Positions 12,458-25,900 of a stretch of 64,000 nt of DNA are shown piece after piece. Source of the DNA: Mobula hypostoma (Eukaryota); NCBI RefSeq assembly GCF_963921235.1, contig NC_086097.1, forward strand, positions 137,394,001 to 137,458,000, in the 5' to 3' direction. The notes beneath the pieces are model-generated. The model was not told the origin of the DNA, did no database searches, and worked only from the letters and a program-made list of their open reading frames with translations. Within the stretch, counting starts at the first letter, position 1; each line of letters opens with the position of its first letter. The translations under genes and the position numbers were made by a program.

Positions 12458-14221
12458 TATACGGTTGCAACATTCAATGTTGCTGTACAATTACAATAGA
12501 CTGAAGAAAATGACATGAAAGTGAAAATGAATAACAAAGAACATGGCTGTCAATATATTACTACAGTATCTGTAATATGAAGCCGTGAATGGATTTTCAG
12601 CTAAATACTAAAAAAGATGGGGAGAGATTTGTAGTTTAATCAGGAAGCAATGGAATTGACTTATTCATCCTTCAGATATGGCTGTTGTCTCTTTTATTTG
12701 CATGAAGATTTGAAACTTTGATGACCTAAGCAGTTTTACAAATGTACTAATTACTTTAATTTGAAAAACGATCACTTTGTTTGGAGGGTTGGAGGTTCTA
12801 GTATATTTTTTTGGTTGTAGTTTTATGTTCAAACAAGAGATGGTAATCTACAAGCTGCTCTACATTCTGATATACCTAGATTTGTACATATGTCTGTAAT
12901 TGTACACTTCTGCTGTTGTATGTAAAGTACTTATTTTTCCTCTCATTGGTTTCCCATTAAGTTGCAGTATTATCCATTTCCCACCAGTACTTTCCATGTA
13001 ATTTCAGTGCTCTCACTGCTTATAGCAAGGTTACCATATTGAATCCAATTACGTTTTTGGAAAAATATTTTGGCATTTTGGTTAGAATATTTTGAGCTAT
13101 AATACTGCTTAAAATATCTGCCTGTATGGTATGAGGCACAGGTCTTCCCCAGAGTTCCGATCCTGAGAATTTTCCATTTCCCAAATGATTTGTATGTCAG
13201 AAATGCAACCATAAACTGAGTTCCCATGTGACAAATGTTCCCACCTGGAGAGTTGGATTGTCCCATAGGAATAGTTAGAATACATGGGTTGCAGTTTGTG
13301 TAAAATCTTTCATGTGGAGCTTTTTTAGAACCCTTCTGAAAGACATCTCATGATGTGAATATTCAGTAAATCTCTGCCTAGCGTTTCATTAGAATAGAGT
13401 CAAGAGACAATTTGAATCTTTGACAATTATAATATTTATCTGACAGTAAAGCTTTTTGTATTGTACACTTTTCATCTTAGTTTATAGTTACTTGAGAATT
13501 ATATTGTACTCTGTTTTGAAACAGAAATATGGTTTAGTAATGTTATTTCATAGAAACATTTTTTTTTATCCAACCTTTTTTTAGTTGTCTATTGTGTATA
13601 CTTAAAGAAGTAATTCAGTTTGATTTGTTGCATATTTGCTAATAACTGACACATGCTTCTGTATAGTTTAAAAACAATTGTTTTGTTACTTGTAGTATGT
13701 AAATTGCAGAACAATTTAGTAGATGTCTAAGTGAGAAAAGTTATAGTTAAAATATTTTCTATTTTGTAAGGATTAGGTTATTTTTTGAATAATGTAAAAT
13801 GTTTTCTAAGGATGTTTTATGTAGATAGAACTGATGTCTAGAATTGATGATGATGAGCAGTATTTTCCCTTATTTTGGGAAACTATTGCTTGCAAGTTAG
13901 TGTAATTATGGCAGTTTGTGCAAATGTTGAAAATGAATGGAAATAAAACATGAACAGCTAGGGTCCAAGTTATTTGGGGAAAAGCATGATAGAACCTCAA
14001 CATGCCATGCCAATAAGCTATGCACATCTCTGAAATTAACATTACTGTTTGCTTTATTCCACATAGAAACATGTAACAATGAGAAAATAATTAATGATTG
14101 CAAATCATTTCCACGTCTATTGGCAATAGAACAGGGGTATTTAATAATATTTGATTAAGGATACCGATTTTTAAAAGCCACCCTCACAGAGCTGCCTTTA
14201 AAGCAATTTCAGGACTTTAAA

Positions 14222-15370
14222 CTTTTGGTTGGCTATATGGAATAATCTGTGTTCTAACCTTACTCTGGTGTCACTCCCCAACTTTTCCTGTGCTGCTTCC
14301 TACACCCGTGCAGAGCTTGTCAATTTCATCAACTTTACCTTCAACTTCCACCCTGCCCTCAAGTTTACCTGGTCCATTTCCGACACCTCCCTCCCCTTTC
14401 TCAGCACAAAATACTCTGCAGATGCTGGGGACAAAGCAACACTCACAACACGCTGGAGGAACCCAACAGGTCGGGCAGCATCCGTGGAAACAATCAGTCA
14501 ACGTTTCGGGCCGGAACCCTTTGTCAGGACTGAAGAGGGAAGGGGCAGAGGCCCTATAAAGAAGGTGGGGGGAGGGTGGGAAGGAGAAGGCTGGTAGGTG
14601 TACCACCACAGGAGTTCCTCCAGTGTGTTGTGAGTGTTGCTCCCTCCCCTTTCTCGATCTCTCATTCTTTATCTCTGGAGAGAGCTTATCTACTGATGTC
14701 TATAATAAACCCACTGACTCTCATGACTACCTGGAATATATCTCCTCCCACCCTGTTACTTGTGAAAATGCTAACCCCTTCTCTCAATTTCTCCGTCTCT
14801 GCTGCATCTGCTCTCAGGATGAGGCTTTTCAATCCAGAACAAAGGAGTTGTTCTCCTTCAAAGAAAGGGGCTTCCCTTTCTCTGCCATCAACACTGCCCT
14901 CAACCCATCCTCCCACCACACCACCATGTGGATAGGGTTCCTCTTGTTCTTACCTACCACCCCACCAGCTTCCATGTCCAGCACATAATTCTCCGTAACA
15001 TCTGTCATCTTCAATAGGATCCCACCACCAAGCATATCTTTCCCTCTTCCCTTCCCCCACTTTCCGCTTTCCACAAGGATCACTCCCTATGCTATTCGTT
15101 ATTGATCTCCCTCCTGACACTTATCCTTGCAAGTGGAACAAGTGCTACACCTGCTCCAACACCACCTCCCGCACTCCCTCACTACCATTCAGGGCCCCAA
15201 ACAGTCCTTCCAGGTGAGGTGACACTTCATCTGTCAGTTTGTTGGAGTCATCTACTGTATCCAGTGCTCCCAATGTGAGACCCAGTGTAGATTGGGAGAC
15301 CACTTCGCCGAGCACCTATGCTCCATCCACCAGAAAAAGTGGAATCTCAATGTGTAATTCCACTTCCCAG
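14222..15370 (+). mobile_element. Degenerate Penelope-like element (RT thumb plus GIY-YIG)
   Basis: FHPALKFTWSISDTSLPFL / DLS..STDVYNKPTDSHDYLEYISSHP..PFSQFLRLCCICS; downstream GVIYCIQCS and RLGDHFAEHL. Confidence 0.85.
14403..14639 (-). mobile_element. Short PLE terminal-repeat-only insertion with 16-bp target-site duplication
   Basis: Flanked by ctccctcccctttctc at 14387-14402 and 14640-14655; nearly identical to the arms at 7637-8430. Confidence 0.85.
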
Positions 15371-16769
15371 ATTGTCAGTATTTTGTTTTCATAGGCTGGT
15401 TGTTTAAAATCTGCTTGGAGACAAATATTTAAATTATTTATGATTATAAACTTAAAATAGAGTTTTGGAGTTTAGGTGTTTGTTTGTCACACCACTGTTC
15501 TTTATGGAAGTACTGGTGATACTCTGTGTCTACTTCAACTTTTGAAAATGCCCCGAGAGGTAAATCTCCATTTTTGGATAAATTCCTAAAGGTTATTGAA
15601 AAAACATTCATGATTGGCTTGGTATTTAACCACTCACTAATTCTAAACCTGGAACTTATAAGGATCCATGCTTCTTTGAAAATTATGATTAAAGATTGAG
15701 TTACAGATTTTTATAGTACATATTTTTTAGTTTTTGTACTAAATAACTCCTTCAGTGGAAGAATTAATCAATTTGAGATTACCGCAACAACCACAGAGTA
15801 ATGAAATTCAGAGTAGTAACAGATGACGACATTTACAGAAAAACAAACCTAAAGGAAATGTGGTTCTATTTCCATGTCACTTGTGCAAGGTTGCCTGATG
15901 CAAGTTATTTTCTCAAACTATATTCACTAGGGAATTTTTACCTCCTTTTTCGTTATTGTTGCATCTGAACACTACTCATTGTAAGTGAAAAGGCAGATTA
16001 CGTCTTAAATTGTGACTCCAGAAAATTAAAACATCGTTAGTGGTATCAAAGTATTTGCTAAAAACTGATGTAATTAAATACAAGTGTCATTTTATCAAGA
16101 CTAGTGACATCTCAACAATTCATCGAGTTAAATCCATCACTTTTGATGTCTGTGACAATTTTTTTATTTGTAAGTTGTTAAAAATTTGGAATCCATTTGG
16201 GGTCAGTAACAAATAATGTTCTGTCATTTGATTTTGACATTTAGGTTAACACTGTTAACTGCATTGTTGATTTAAGAAAGTATTGCATGGATTTGTGGGG
16301 AAAATCATGCAATTAATCTCTGGCAGTTACAATTTACTACCAGAAATGAATTAAGTTACATCCAAGGACTAATCCTGGTGACTGGTAGATGTGATACATA
16401 GTAGCATTTGAAAGAGTGGCATTTCAAGGGAAGAGATCCAGAAAGTGGAACTGAGGAACAGGAGTGGGTGCAAAGGAGTTACAAGAAAAACTTAAACCAT
16501 TTTGGCAGAGGATAAGATTAAAAGAGAGCAGAGATACGTGAGATGAAGGAGAGACTTTTAAATTAGAACAAATTTCCTGACTAGTTCCATTGGTGCTTGG
16601 GATGGGCTTGATTTACAATTAGTTGGACATATATTTAGGTGTCTTGAAATGTCGCTTAACAAGAAAGTTTACATGAAAGGTATATTAATTGAGTGTAATG
16701 GATTGATGTTGTTACAAAATACTCAAGTTTTCTTCCTGTATTTGATCACAATTTATAATTATTCCAATC

Positions 16770-17000
16770 TATGTGTAGTGTTTAGCACAATGCTTTACTG
16801 TACCAGCGACCCAGATTAATTCCTACCACTGTCTATGGGTTTCCTCTGGGTACTACAGTTTCCTCCCATAGTCCAAAGACGTAACAGTTGGTAGGCTAAG
16901 TGCTCATTTTGAATTGTTCAGTAATTAGGCTAGGGTTAAACCAAGCAGCGTGGCTTGAAGGACCAGAAGGGCCTATTCCACACTGTATCTCAATAGGTAA
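16770..17000 (+). mobile_element. tRNA-derived V-SINE (HE1-like)
   Basis: A-box-like gtagtgtttagc; V-domain tgggtttcctctgggtactacagtttcctcccatagtccaaagac. Confidence 0.7.
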
Positions 17001-18230
17001 GTACATTTGATGGGAGAAGTGATCAGGGTTAGAAAACCCCCTTTCCTTAAATTCCATGGCTTTTGACATGCTTGCTGAGGCCAACTTGCAACTGCAGACT
17101 GCCATGGGTGGATGTGGTGCTTGACTGCATAGGCAGATTGGTTGTTCAGGACCTATGTTCCTTCTGCTTTTTAGGCTAGGCTTCTGTGTGCATCTAATAA
17201 TGGAATAGCATTGATAACCTCAAGAGCAAGTGGTTTTCTCCATGTTCAGCTGTTGCATGAAGTGAGAGCATACAAACTCAGCATAAACAGTAGTATTCGC
17301 ATGTTTATCCTATTCCTTAGGCTATGTCTTCTTAACCACCTGTCCCCACCCTATGGTGAATATGCAGGTCCCACATTAGCCCCTTCAGCCACCTTGGAAC
17401 TCACTGGACTGAAATTATAACAAGTCACTCTTGATTCTAAGGGACAATCCAAGAAGATAACCATTTCTAAATTAGCGTTTTCAACATTAATTCATGAACA
17501 TTGGAATAATTCTGGAGTGTGGTCAGAAGCCGCTGTGAAGCCTTTCAAGTGCAAATTCTTCTGTAACAGTAGTAGCCTTTCCCTTTACCAATTATGCTCC
17601 AATTTAAACAATATTGTTTAATTATGAGGGTCAATAATCCCAAATGTTACTTGTGAGATGAGAAACAAATATAGCCTGACTTCCTGAATATCACCACCAT
17701 TTTCTGTTTTATTTCAGTAATGCATAGTGATTTGTACTTTTTTGCATCTTGAATTTTGTGTCAGATAAGCTTCCTTCCTGTTATTAACGCATTTGTTGGA
17801 TTTGCCACTTACTTAGTTTGTCTCAGTTTTGCAAAATTTTACCTTGCCATTCTAATACAGAAGGAATATGTAGTATTACTTACTGCATGCCATTTTTCTT
17901 CGAGACTTAATTTGTACAGTTAATAATTTGGGTTAGAGTAAAATTTTGATCTTTCAAAAAGACAGTATCTTATTGTCTGCAACCTTAAATTGAAAAATAC
18001 TTTAAACTTTATTTTCTTTACATTTGTACATATGTTATGAACAAAATGCATTTTTAGCTGGAATTGCAATAGAGGTATTCACAGTGCTGTTGTTCCCTTT
18101 TAATTTTATAACTATGAATTGACATTTGTATTGCAGAGATTGATAACATTGTGTTTAGAGCATTTATACAGTGCTGAAACAGTCTTTACACATAGATGAA
18201 TTAACTTAATGTTTTCCTCTTATATTACAG

Positions 18231-18358
18231 GGTTCACCATAACAAACAGCAAGAAAAAATATGGGTCCTTTGGATATTTTGAAATAATTGCAAATTGACA
18301 CATTTTACCTGCTACTGGATATAAGCTCTTATGTTCTACTTCCAGTTTTGAAAACACA
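18231..18358 (+). other. SNRK: SNRK 5' UTR portion of first coding exon
   Basis: Acceptor gttttcctcttatattacag ends at 18230; start codon context acaATGG at 18359. Confidence 0.7.
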
Positions 18359-18947
18359 ATGGCAGGTTTTAAACGTGGATATGATGGAAAAATTGCTGGT
18401 CTATATGATTTAGATAAAACATTGGGCAGGGGTCATTTTGCTGTTGTGAAATTAGCACGACATGTTTTCACTGGAGAAAAAGTAGCAGTGAAAGTCATCG
18501 ATAAAACAAAACTTGACTCTGTTGCTACAGGGCATTTGTTCCAGGAAGTCCGATGCATGAAACTTGTGCAGCATCCCAACATTGTTCGTTTATATGAAGT
18601 AATTGACACCCAAACAAAACTTTATCTTATTCTGGAATTGGGAGATGGAGGTGACATGTTTGATTACATCATGAAACATGAAGATGGTCTCAGTGAAGAT
18701 CAAGCAAAAAAATACTTTGCACAGATAGTACATGCGATATCCTATTGCCATAAACTGCATGTTGTTCACAGAGATTTGAAGCCAGAAAATGTGGTTTTCT
18801 TCGAACATCAAGGAATTGTAAAACTTACAGATTTTGGGTTTAGTAACAAGTTTCAGCCTGGAAAGAAGTTAACAACAAGCTGTGGGTCACTTGCATATTC
18901 AGCACCAGAAATTCTGCTTGGAGATGAATATGATGCACCTGCAGTAG
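18359..18947 (+). CDS. SNRK: SNF-related serine/threonine kinase, coding exon 1 (kinase N-lobe to activation loop)
   Basis: [59 protein letters not shown] is the recognisable SNRK N-terminus. Acceptor ttacag|18231, donor G|GTAGGT at 18948; 589 coding nt (phase 1). T173 is at the activation-loop position phosphorylated by LKB1 in AMPK-related kinases. Confidence 0.98.
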
Positions 18948-21900
18948 GTAGGTTCACTCTAAATGTGGGCTTTTAAAGTAAGTTGTTAATTTTGATTTTA
19001 AAAGTACTTTAACTGTCAGAAACTGCTTAGACTTGGTTTGGTGGTGCATTTTGTTATTGAAAAGAACTGGGTGAGGAGGGGTAGAAAGAAAAAAATAATC
19101 AACTGTTCCATGAAATCTTTTTATTTATCAGATGTGATACAACACCTGTTCTTCCAGCCTTTTACTACCTATAATAAGAAATGGGTAACAATTTAGTACT
19201 GGAGAATTGCAGGAAATACTGTGCACTGTGAAAGACAATCAGCCACCCTCCTATACTCCCACACAATGCTACAACTTAGAAATTACTGCAAGCAAGACCT
19301 TGTCCATCTCCTCCTTTGAACATTTTAAAATATAATGTGATTAATTAGACGAGAGTGTTTAAAAGTGAAAAGTTGTTCAGGAGTGATGATCCAAAGATAT
19401 TTGTCTATCCGTATGTCATTAAAATATCATAGATTGGTATGAAAAATAATCAAAATAGTTAGAAGAATGCTGGCTGTTTTTGTATCTGGAGAACTGGAAT
19501 AAGTGATAGAAACGCTATATCCTATTCAAATCGTATTTGGAGTAACTTTAAGCAGATCTGTTCACCTTGAGGATATATGTATAGATGATACACTATTGAT
19601 TTCCCGGGATGCTACCTTGATCCCAGGACTAAAATTAAAACAAATAAACAAATTAGATTTGTATTCCATGAAATTTAGGTTTATGTTTGCAAAATATTAA
19701 ATTTAAACTGTTCGGGTTGTCTGGGGTGCTTGGTTTAAGACTTAGAGCCAGACCTCTCAGTGGTGAAGTTTGGAAGCATTTGACTTGCATGAATTTGCCA
19801 TTTTAAACTTTTGTGTCAGCATAAATTCATATTAGTACATTTGTTAATTTTAAACAGAAAGAAATAGAGTGCCAAGGCAGGTTATTTAGAATTCGGTCAC
19901 AGATGTGCTGATCTGGCTTGAGCCTCCTGGCTCTGTATTTCCCAAGTTCCTATCAAAAGACGTGCGGCAAACCACGTACTCCTAACTCTCTGCTTTTGTA
20001 ATGCGTAGTATTGCTAACTAGTCCTCTCTAGAAAATCTAGATCAAATATCGTCTTCCTCTAAGTATTTTTATCCTTTCTACATTTAAAAAATATTGATCA
20101 TATACTTTAAGTTTAAATATTTTCCCTGATAAGAAGCTCCAGTCCCCAAAACCTCATTCAATGCAGATAAAAATCTTCTGACTTCCTTTGGACATGAATG
20201 TCCCTTGACTTATAAAAGGATCAAAACTGGGTACAGGCTTCTAAATCAAGATCTGTATAAGGTAAGACTTCTTTTTTGTACCTAGTTGTTCCAGTTATAC
20301 ATCTTAACATTATCTGATAATCTGCCTGACTATTGGGAAATCTGAGGAGTTTGGCATCTGGTTGACCAGATGATGTTTGCTGCGCTGCTCATCCACTTGG
20401 CAGAATTTGTTCTGCACTTCCTTTAAATTTGCCAGGTTTGTTAGAAACTTTATCACACAACTGTGTTACATTTCTTTATTTTGAAAATAAAAGTGAATCA
20501 AAATTATATTGAAATATTAATCAAATAACATCTAATAGTTCGGAAAATCTGCTAATCCAACACACGTCCTGAGCGTGTTAGGTTAATGGAGTTTTATAAC
20601 TAGGGTAGACTTTGATAAAAGTCCCTTAGTATTTCACATATTTCTCGTGCGCAATCTTGAATAGGCAGTCTCTGGAATTTGGATATCATGCTGTTGCTGC
20701 TGTCCAAACTTTCCTACACTGAAGACATCTGTCACACATGGGTCATTCTCCTATTGTATCTAGATCCACTTGAAGACTATTTAATTTGTCTAAGGTACCA
20801 AATCCCAAATAGCACTTGTGTATTTATTACCATTTTTCTTCAAGTATCAACATTCAGATACTAGTAATAACAAAGTGGGGGTTCTCTTGGGACTTTAGCA
20901 GTGGTCATTTTGCTGTGTGCCTGTGCTGTCTTTGTAATGTTACTGTGATATTACTTAGCAGCTTTATATCATTTTGTCACAGTCATGACACATACTAAAC
21001 TAGGTTTACCTACCAAAAAAAGTTCAAACACGTTGGAGAATCAGAATGATCTTTTAAGAAAGAGTGGTGTGATTCCAAAATAATTTCTGATCTTTTTTTG
21101 TTTATATCTCTTTAATTCTTCCTAGTCCAAAATTTGACTTCTTCCATTGTGTTTTCCTGATGTCTTGTATGTGTTCCAAAATCATACATTTGCATCAAAT
21201 TAAACTGATGGTTCCTCAAATATAACTATTAGAAGATTCTGTGTTACCTGTAGGAGAGACCAGTCAGAGGGGTGACACAGTGATATGCAAGCAGAAGGCA
21301 GTAGCGCTCGGTAGAAACTCTGAACTCAGAAGGATGCAGACTGTACTTTGAGTGGGAGCGGAGGGTCCACTCAAAGTACGTTGATGTTCATCATTAAGAG
21401 GACCTGATAATTCCAGCACTAAACTAACTGGTCAAATTCTGAAGGGGAGATCCAACGTAATGGGTTTGTCTGAATCAATATAATTGATAAAGCTACTTCA
21501 CCAGTCTACTGTGACAGGTAAATCTGTCCAGGTTGAAGTGATAGAAGAGACCACTGTACAATTCTTGAGGAAACAAAGTCCTGTCTTCAAATTAAGTCCA
21601 CCCTCCATTATTATGAAAATTGATGGATTTGCAGTGGATCCAACTGAAAACATCATGAGGTGCGGTGGACCATATCAGCAGTAGAAATGAAGATCATCAT
21701 AATTTGTAAATTCATGATGATACCTACAGTCATTCCTCCTGTTTATTACAGTGTTGATAATTAAAGAGCTAACAAGAGGATTGGTTTGCTCCCAGAAAAT
21801 TTCCATATGTGCTTTAGATTTTACATGGCCATTTGGCTTCAGACATGGACCAAGGTGCTAAACTCAGCAAGCTGCCTTTGCCATGAAGGTAGCATTTCAC

Positions 21901-22099
21901 AAGTGTGGCATGAAGGAACTATGGGAAATTTCATGTCAATGGCCACCAAAGAGACAACAGAACAATGATTAGATGGCTGTGGATTTTGGAGGTTCATAAC
22001 ACTATAATTAACCTGTGGACAATACATCATGAGTTTATTAGGATAGCATCTTATGCCCAGCCATCTTCAGCTACACGGCAAGAACTTTTATTCCATTTA

Positions 22100-23370
22100 T
22101 AAAATCCGAAGTGGAGATGAAGTCTGTTCTAGGCTGTTAAAAGAAGGAAAAGCGAAAATTGTATACCTTGCTACATGAATAGTGTTGGAGGATTGGAGGA
22201 CTGTTAACTGCAGAAAGAGAGGATGGTAAGAAAGCATTAGACAGCAGATTTTTGGGGACAGAATTGCTAAGGTGGGGTCACGTTACCCATAGATTGGCCC
22301 TCCATTGTGCCTCAAAAATAAAGTGTATATTGCATTTGACGTAACCAAATGGGTTTCAATTTTTGACATGATCCCACTTAGCAGGCTAGTCAAAAATTAG
22401 AAGTCTAAAGGAGAGTGGATGTAGTTGGTGCAAAGTTGTCCCTGTACTAGGAGGCAAACGGTAGTGGTTGGCAAGCATATCTTGTGATTGGAAGGCTGCA
22501 TCAGTAGGGCTCCAGGGACTTAGTACCCTGTTCCAATTATGGGATATAATTCGAGATTATGTAGGTGGCAGAATAAATACATTTGCAGATGATGAAACAA
22601 CTGGCTCTGAGCTCTAAACTGCAGGAGGATATAAATGGTTTAGTAAGTTGGGAAGAAATCTTAACAAACTTCATTTAAAACAGAGAAGCAAGGTAGTGCA
22701 TTAGGGGAGGTGGAAGAAGGCAATGGAAAATGCAATAAATGAAAGAACATGAGTGATACCAAGGAACAGAAGGATATTAGCACGTACATTCACACATCCT
22801 AAAGGTAGGAAGATTGGTTAAAAAAAAGTTGTCAAAGTATACAGATGTTTTCTTTTAACAGCCAAAGCCTTGAGTATAGGAGTGGGGAGGTTATGCTCGA
22901 GCTATGTACAACACAGGTTGGACCACAGCTTCAGCCCTGAATATATTTCTGATGACCATCACATTGCAGGAAATATGTAATTGCTCTGAAATTTGTGTTG
23001 TAGAGATTTACAAAGATATTAACTGACTGAAAGATAGGATAAATTAGGGTTGTTTTCTTTGGAGCAGATGAGGCTGAGCTAAATCTTTATCTCATCCCCT
23101 CAATTTTATCCATCTCAATTGATAAATGAGTAAATGGGAAGATCCTATTTCGCTTAACAAAACTAATGCATGGGATTAAGATAATTGATAGATGGAGTCA
23201 AGGGGCAATGAGGAAAAGCTTTTTATCTAAAGGTTGGTGGAGGTCTGGAACTGTGCTTGAAAGGATAGTAGAGGCTGAAATTTACACCACACTTTAAATG
23301 CACACCAAAGAGCTGTAACCAGCAGATTAATGGATCTGGTGCTGGATGATGCGATTAGACTGGGTAGCAC
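22100..23370 (+). mobile_element. Old, highly degenerate CR1 LINE
   Basis: Remnants such as tttgcagatgat (FADD) and gagtataggagtggggaggttatgc are colinear with younger CR1 copies in the window. Confidence 0.65.
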
Positions 23371-25154
23371 AAACACTGAGTCAGATGAACTCTGATGTAA
23401 GTTTGGAGTTTATGAAAATTAGAACATCAGTCATATTTCTGCATAGTTTATTATCTTCTCTGGAATTCCAATTTTCCCTTTTCATTGATAAAAATAGGAA
23501 GGGATATTTTCCTTTAGGCTCTAATTTTTTTTGGCCTAGTTACTGTAGTATTCTTGGTTATAATTGGGCAGTACATGTCAGTATGCTTATAGAACCATTC
23601 ATTTGCTTTTAAATTGCACAGCTTAATTCAGCTTTGGGTAGAATTACTTTATAAAATTCTTTCAAGAGAAGCACAATGTATACCTAATTAGGAATGAGGA
23701 TAGTGTGATGGTATTGGATTTGCTGACTGCAAACTTCTAACTCAAATGACAACTTCAAGCCCTATTGGATATAAATAGCCACAAGTACTCTCACTAAAGG
23801 GAGATTATACTGCAATTACCCAATCTTTAAAGATTAGTTTTCTTCTCTGTTTATTTTGCATAGCAAGTTTAGCTGCCAATATTCACTATTTGAGCTGTTC
23901 ATTAAAACATAGTTCAATTATTTACAGTGATACATGTTTAAGCAACATTCTTAAAGCACATTTAAAACCCAGAAGGCTTCTATCTTAAACATTTCCAAAT
24001 TCTGACAGAGAATTTCTATCTTAAATCATTATCTTGAATCTTGAAACATTATGAAACATTTCCAAATTACAAACCATTTCTAAAACATGAACCATTTCCT
24101 AAACAAAAAACACCTTGAAAACAAAGCATTACTTAAACATAAAGGGTGAAGGACAAATTATTTCCAAAACACGTTTACAATTCCTATAAACTAAAAATAC
24201 ATACCAATAATGCAGACAAACAGATTGTCTGTTACAGAAACTGAAGTTGGAAGAATGGATTCTCATTCATCCCTTGTTTCTTTCACGATTCTTAATGTTC
24301 CTTACCCTATTCCTAATAAGCCTGAACTGCTTTTTACATTCATATGGTTTCTCTCCAACTTGAATGATATCACAAGCATGTGATATTTCTTCAGATATCC
24401 TTTTAACACAAATGGTTTAAGAAAATTTTCGGAGACATAGACCTCAGCTTAATGTTCATAGTTCACAATTATTGCTGTAAAGCTAACATAAAACTCCCAA
24501 CTATAAACACATCAGATATTGATTTGCTAAATGATTTTATCCATCTGTTCTGCAAGCTTCCTTGAACTAAACAGTTTAAGACTCAGCTTATCTGTTTGAA
24601 ACACCCCAAGTGTGGAGATTCTTGCAGGCTGCCTTAGCACATATTTGGACTGTGCTGATGCAAACAGCACATTTCACTTTGTTTCACTGTTTCGATGTAT
24701 ATGTGACGTGTCTCTCTTCATTTCCTGAGATGTGATTGGAATGTTACATAGATATGTTTTGTTGTGATGAGAGCTTTTGTTCTGTATGACTGGGCTAACT
24801 TGTTAAGATGCCATAGGTGTTTCTTACTACGTAACCTGCAAAGGAAAGAATGCTGAACATAGCTTACATAACCTGTTTTCCTTCATTCTGCAAATATTCT
24901 TCAAAAGTACTTCTTCCTTGTTTGTAGGACCGCTGTAATTAGTCATGATTTTTGTATGCAGTGTTCAGTTTTAATGCCAAAATGTTTGTTGGTTTAGTCA
25001 CCTTAATGGCAATGAACACTCCCAAAAATCCTTACTACCACAAGTAATTGGGTGCCATGGTAGTGTAGCGGTTAGCTTGACACTATTAGAGCTCCGGTGC
25101 ATCAGCATTCTCAATACAGGTCGACCTTCATTAATCTGGCACCATTGGGACCTG

Positions 25155-25900
25155 AGGAAAAAATACAAAAATTAGAGGTACAATGGAACTTAGGAGTCTT
25201 TGTGCAGGGTTCCCTAAAGGTTAACTTGCAGGTTGAGTTGGTGGTAAGGAAGGCAAATGCAATACTAACATCATTTTGAGAGGAGTAGAATATAAGAGCA
25301 AGAATATGATGCTGAGGATTTATAAGGAATTGGTCAGATTGTACTTGGAGTATTGTGAGCAACTTTGGGCCCTTTGTATAAGTAAAGATATGATGGTGTT
25401 GGAAAGGGTCCAGGGGAGGTTCACGAGAGTGATTCTAAGAATGATAGAGTTAACAAATGAGCGTTTGATGGCTCTCAGCCTGTACTTGTTGGAATTTAGA
25501 AGAATGAGGGGGGATCTCATTGAAACCTATCGAATTTTGAAAGGCTTAAATAGAGTGGAAGTAGAGGGGATATTTCCTGTAACAGGTGGGTCTAGGACCA
25601 GAGGGCACAGCCTCAGAATAGAGGATTGTCCGTTTAGAATAGAGATGAGGAAGAATTTCTTTAGCCAGAGGGTGGTGAATGTATGGAATTCATTGCCACA
25701 GTTGGCTGTGGAGGGCAGGTCATTGAGTATATTTAAAGCGGAGGTTAACAGATTCTTGATTAGTCAGGGCGTCAAAGGATATGGGGAGAAGGCAAGAGAA
25801 TAGGGTTGAGAGGGACAGTAAATCGGCCATAATGGAATTATGCAGCAGTTTCAATGGGGCCGAAAGGCCTAATTTTGCTCCTATGTCTTATGGGCTTATG
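25155..25900 (+). mobile_element. CR1 LINE 3' fragment
   Basis: LEYCEQLW..LERVQGRFTR..RRMRGDLIETY..RTRGHSL..FFSQRVVNVWNSLP. Confidence 0.9.

Noticed and set aside
18948..18976. ORF-track extension (..GRFTLNVGF*) of the 205-aa kinase ORF
   Set aside because: Read-through into the intron; the canonical donor at 18948 joins in phase to 43168.
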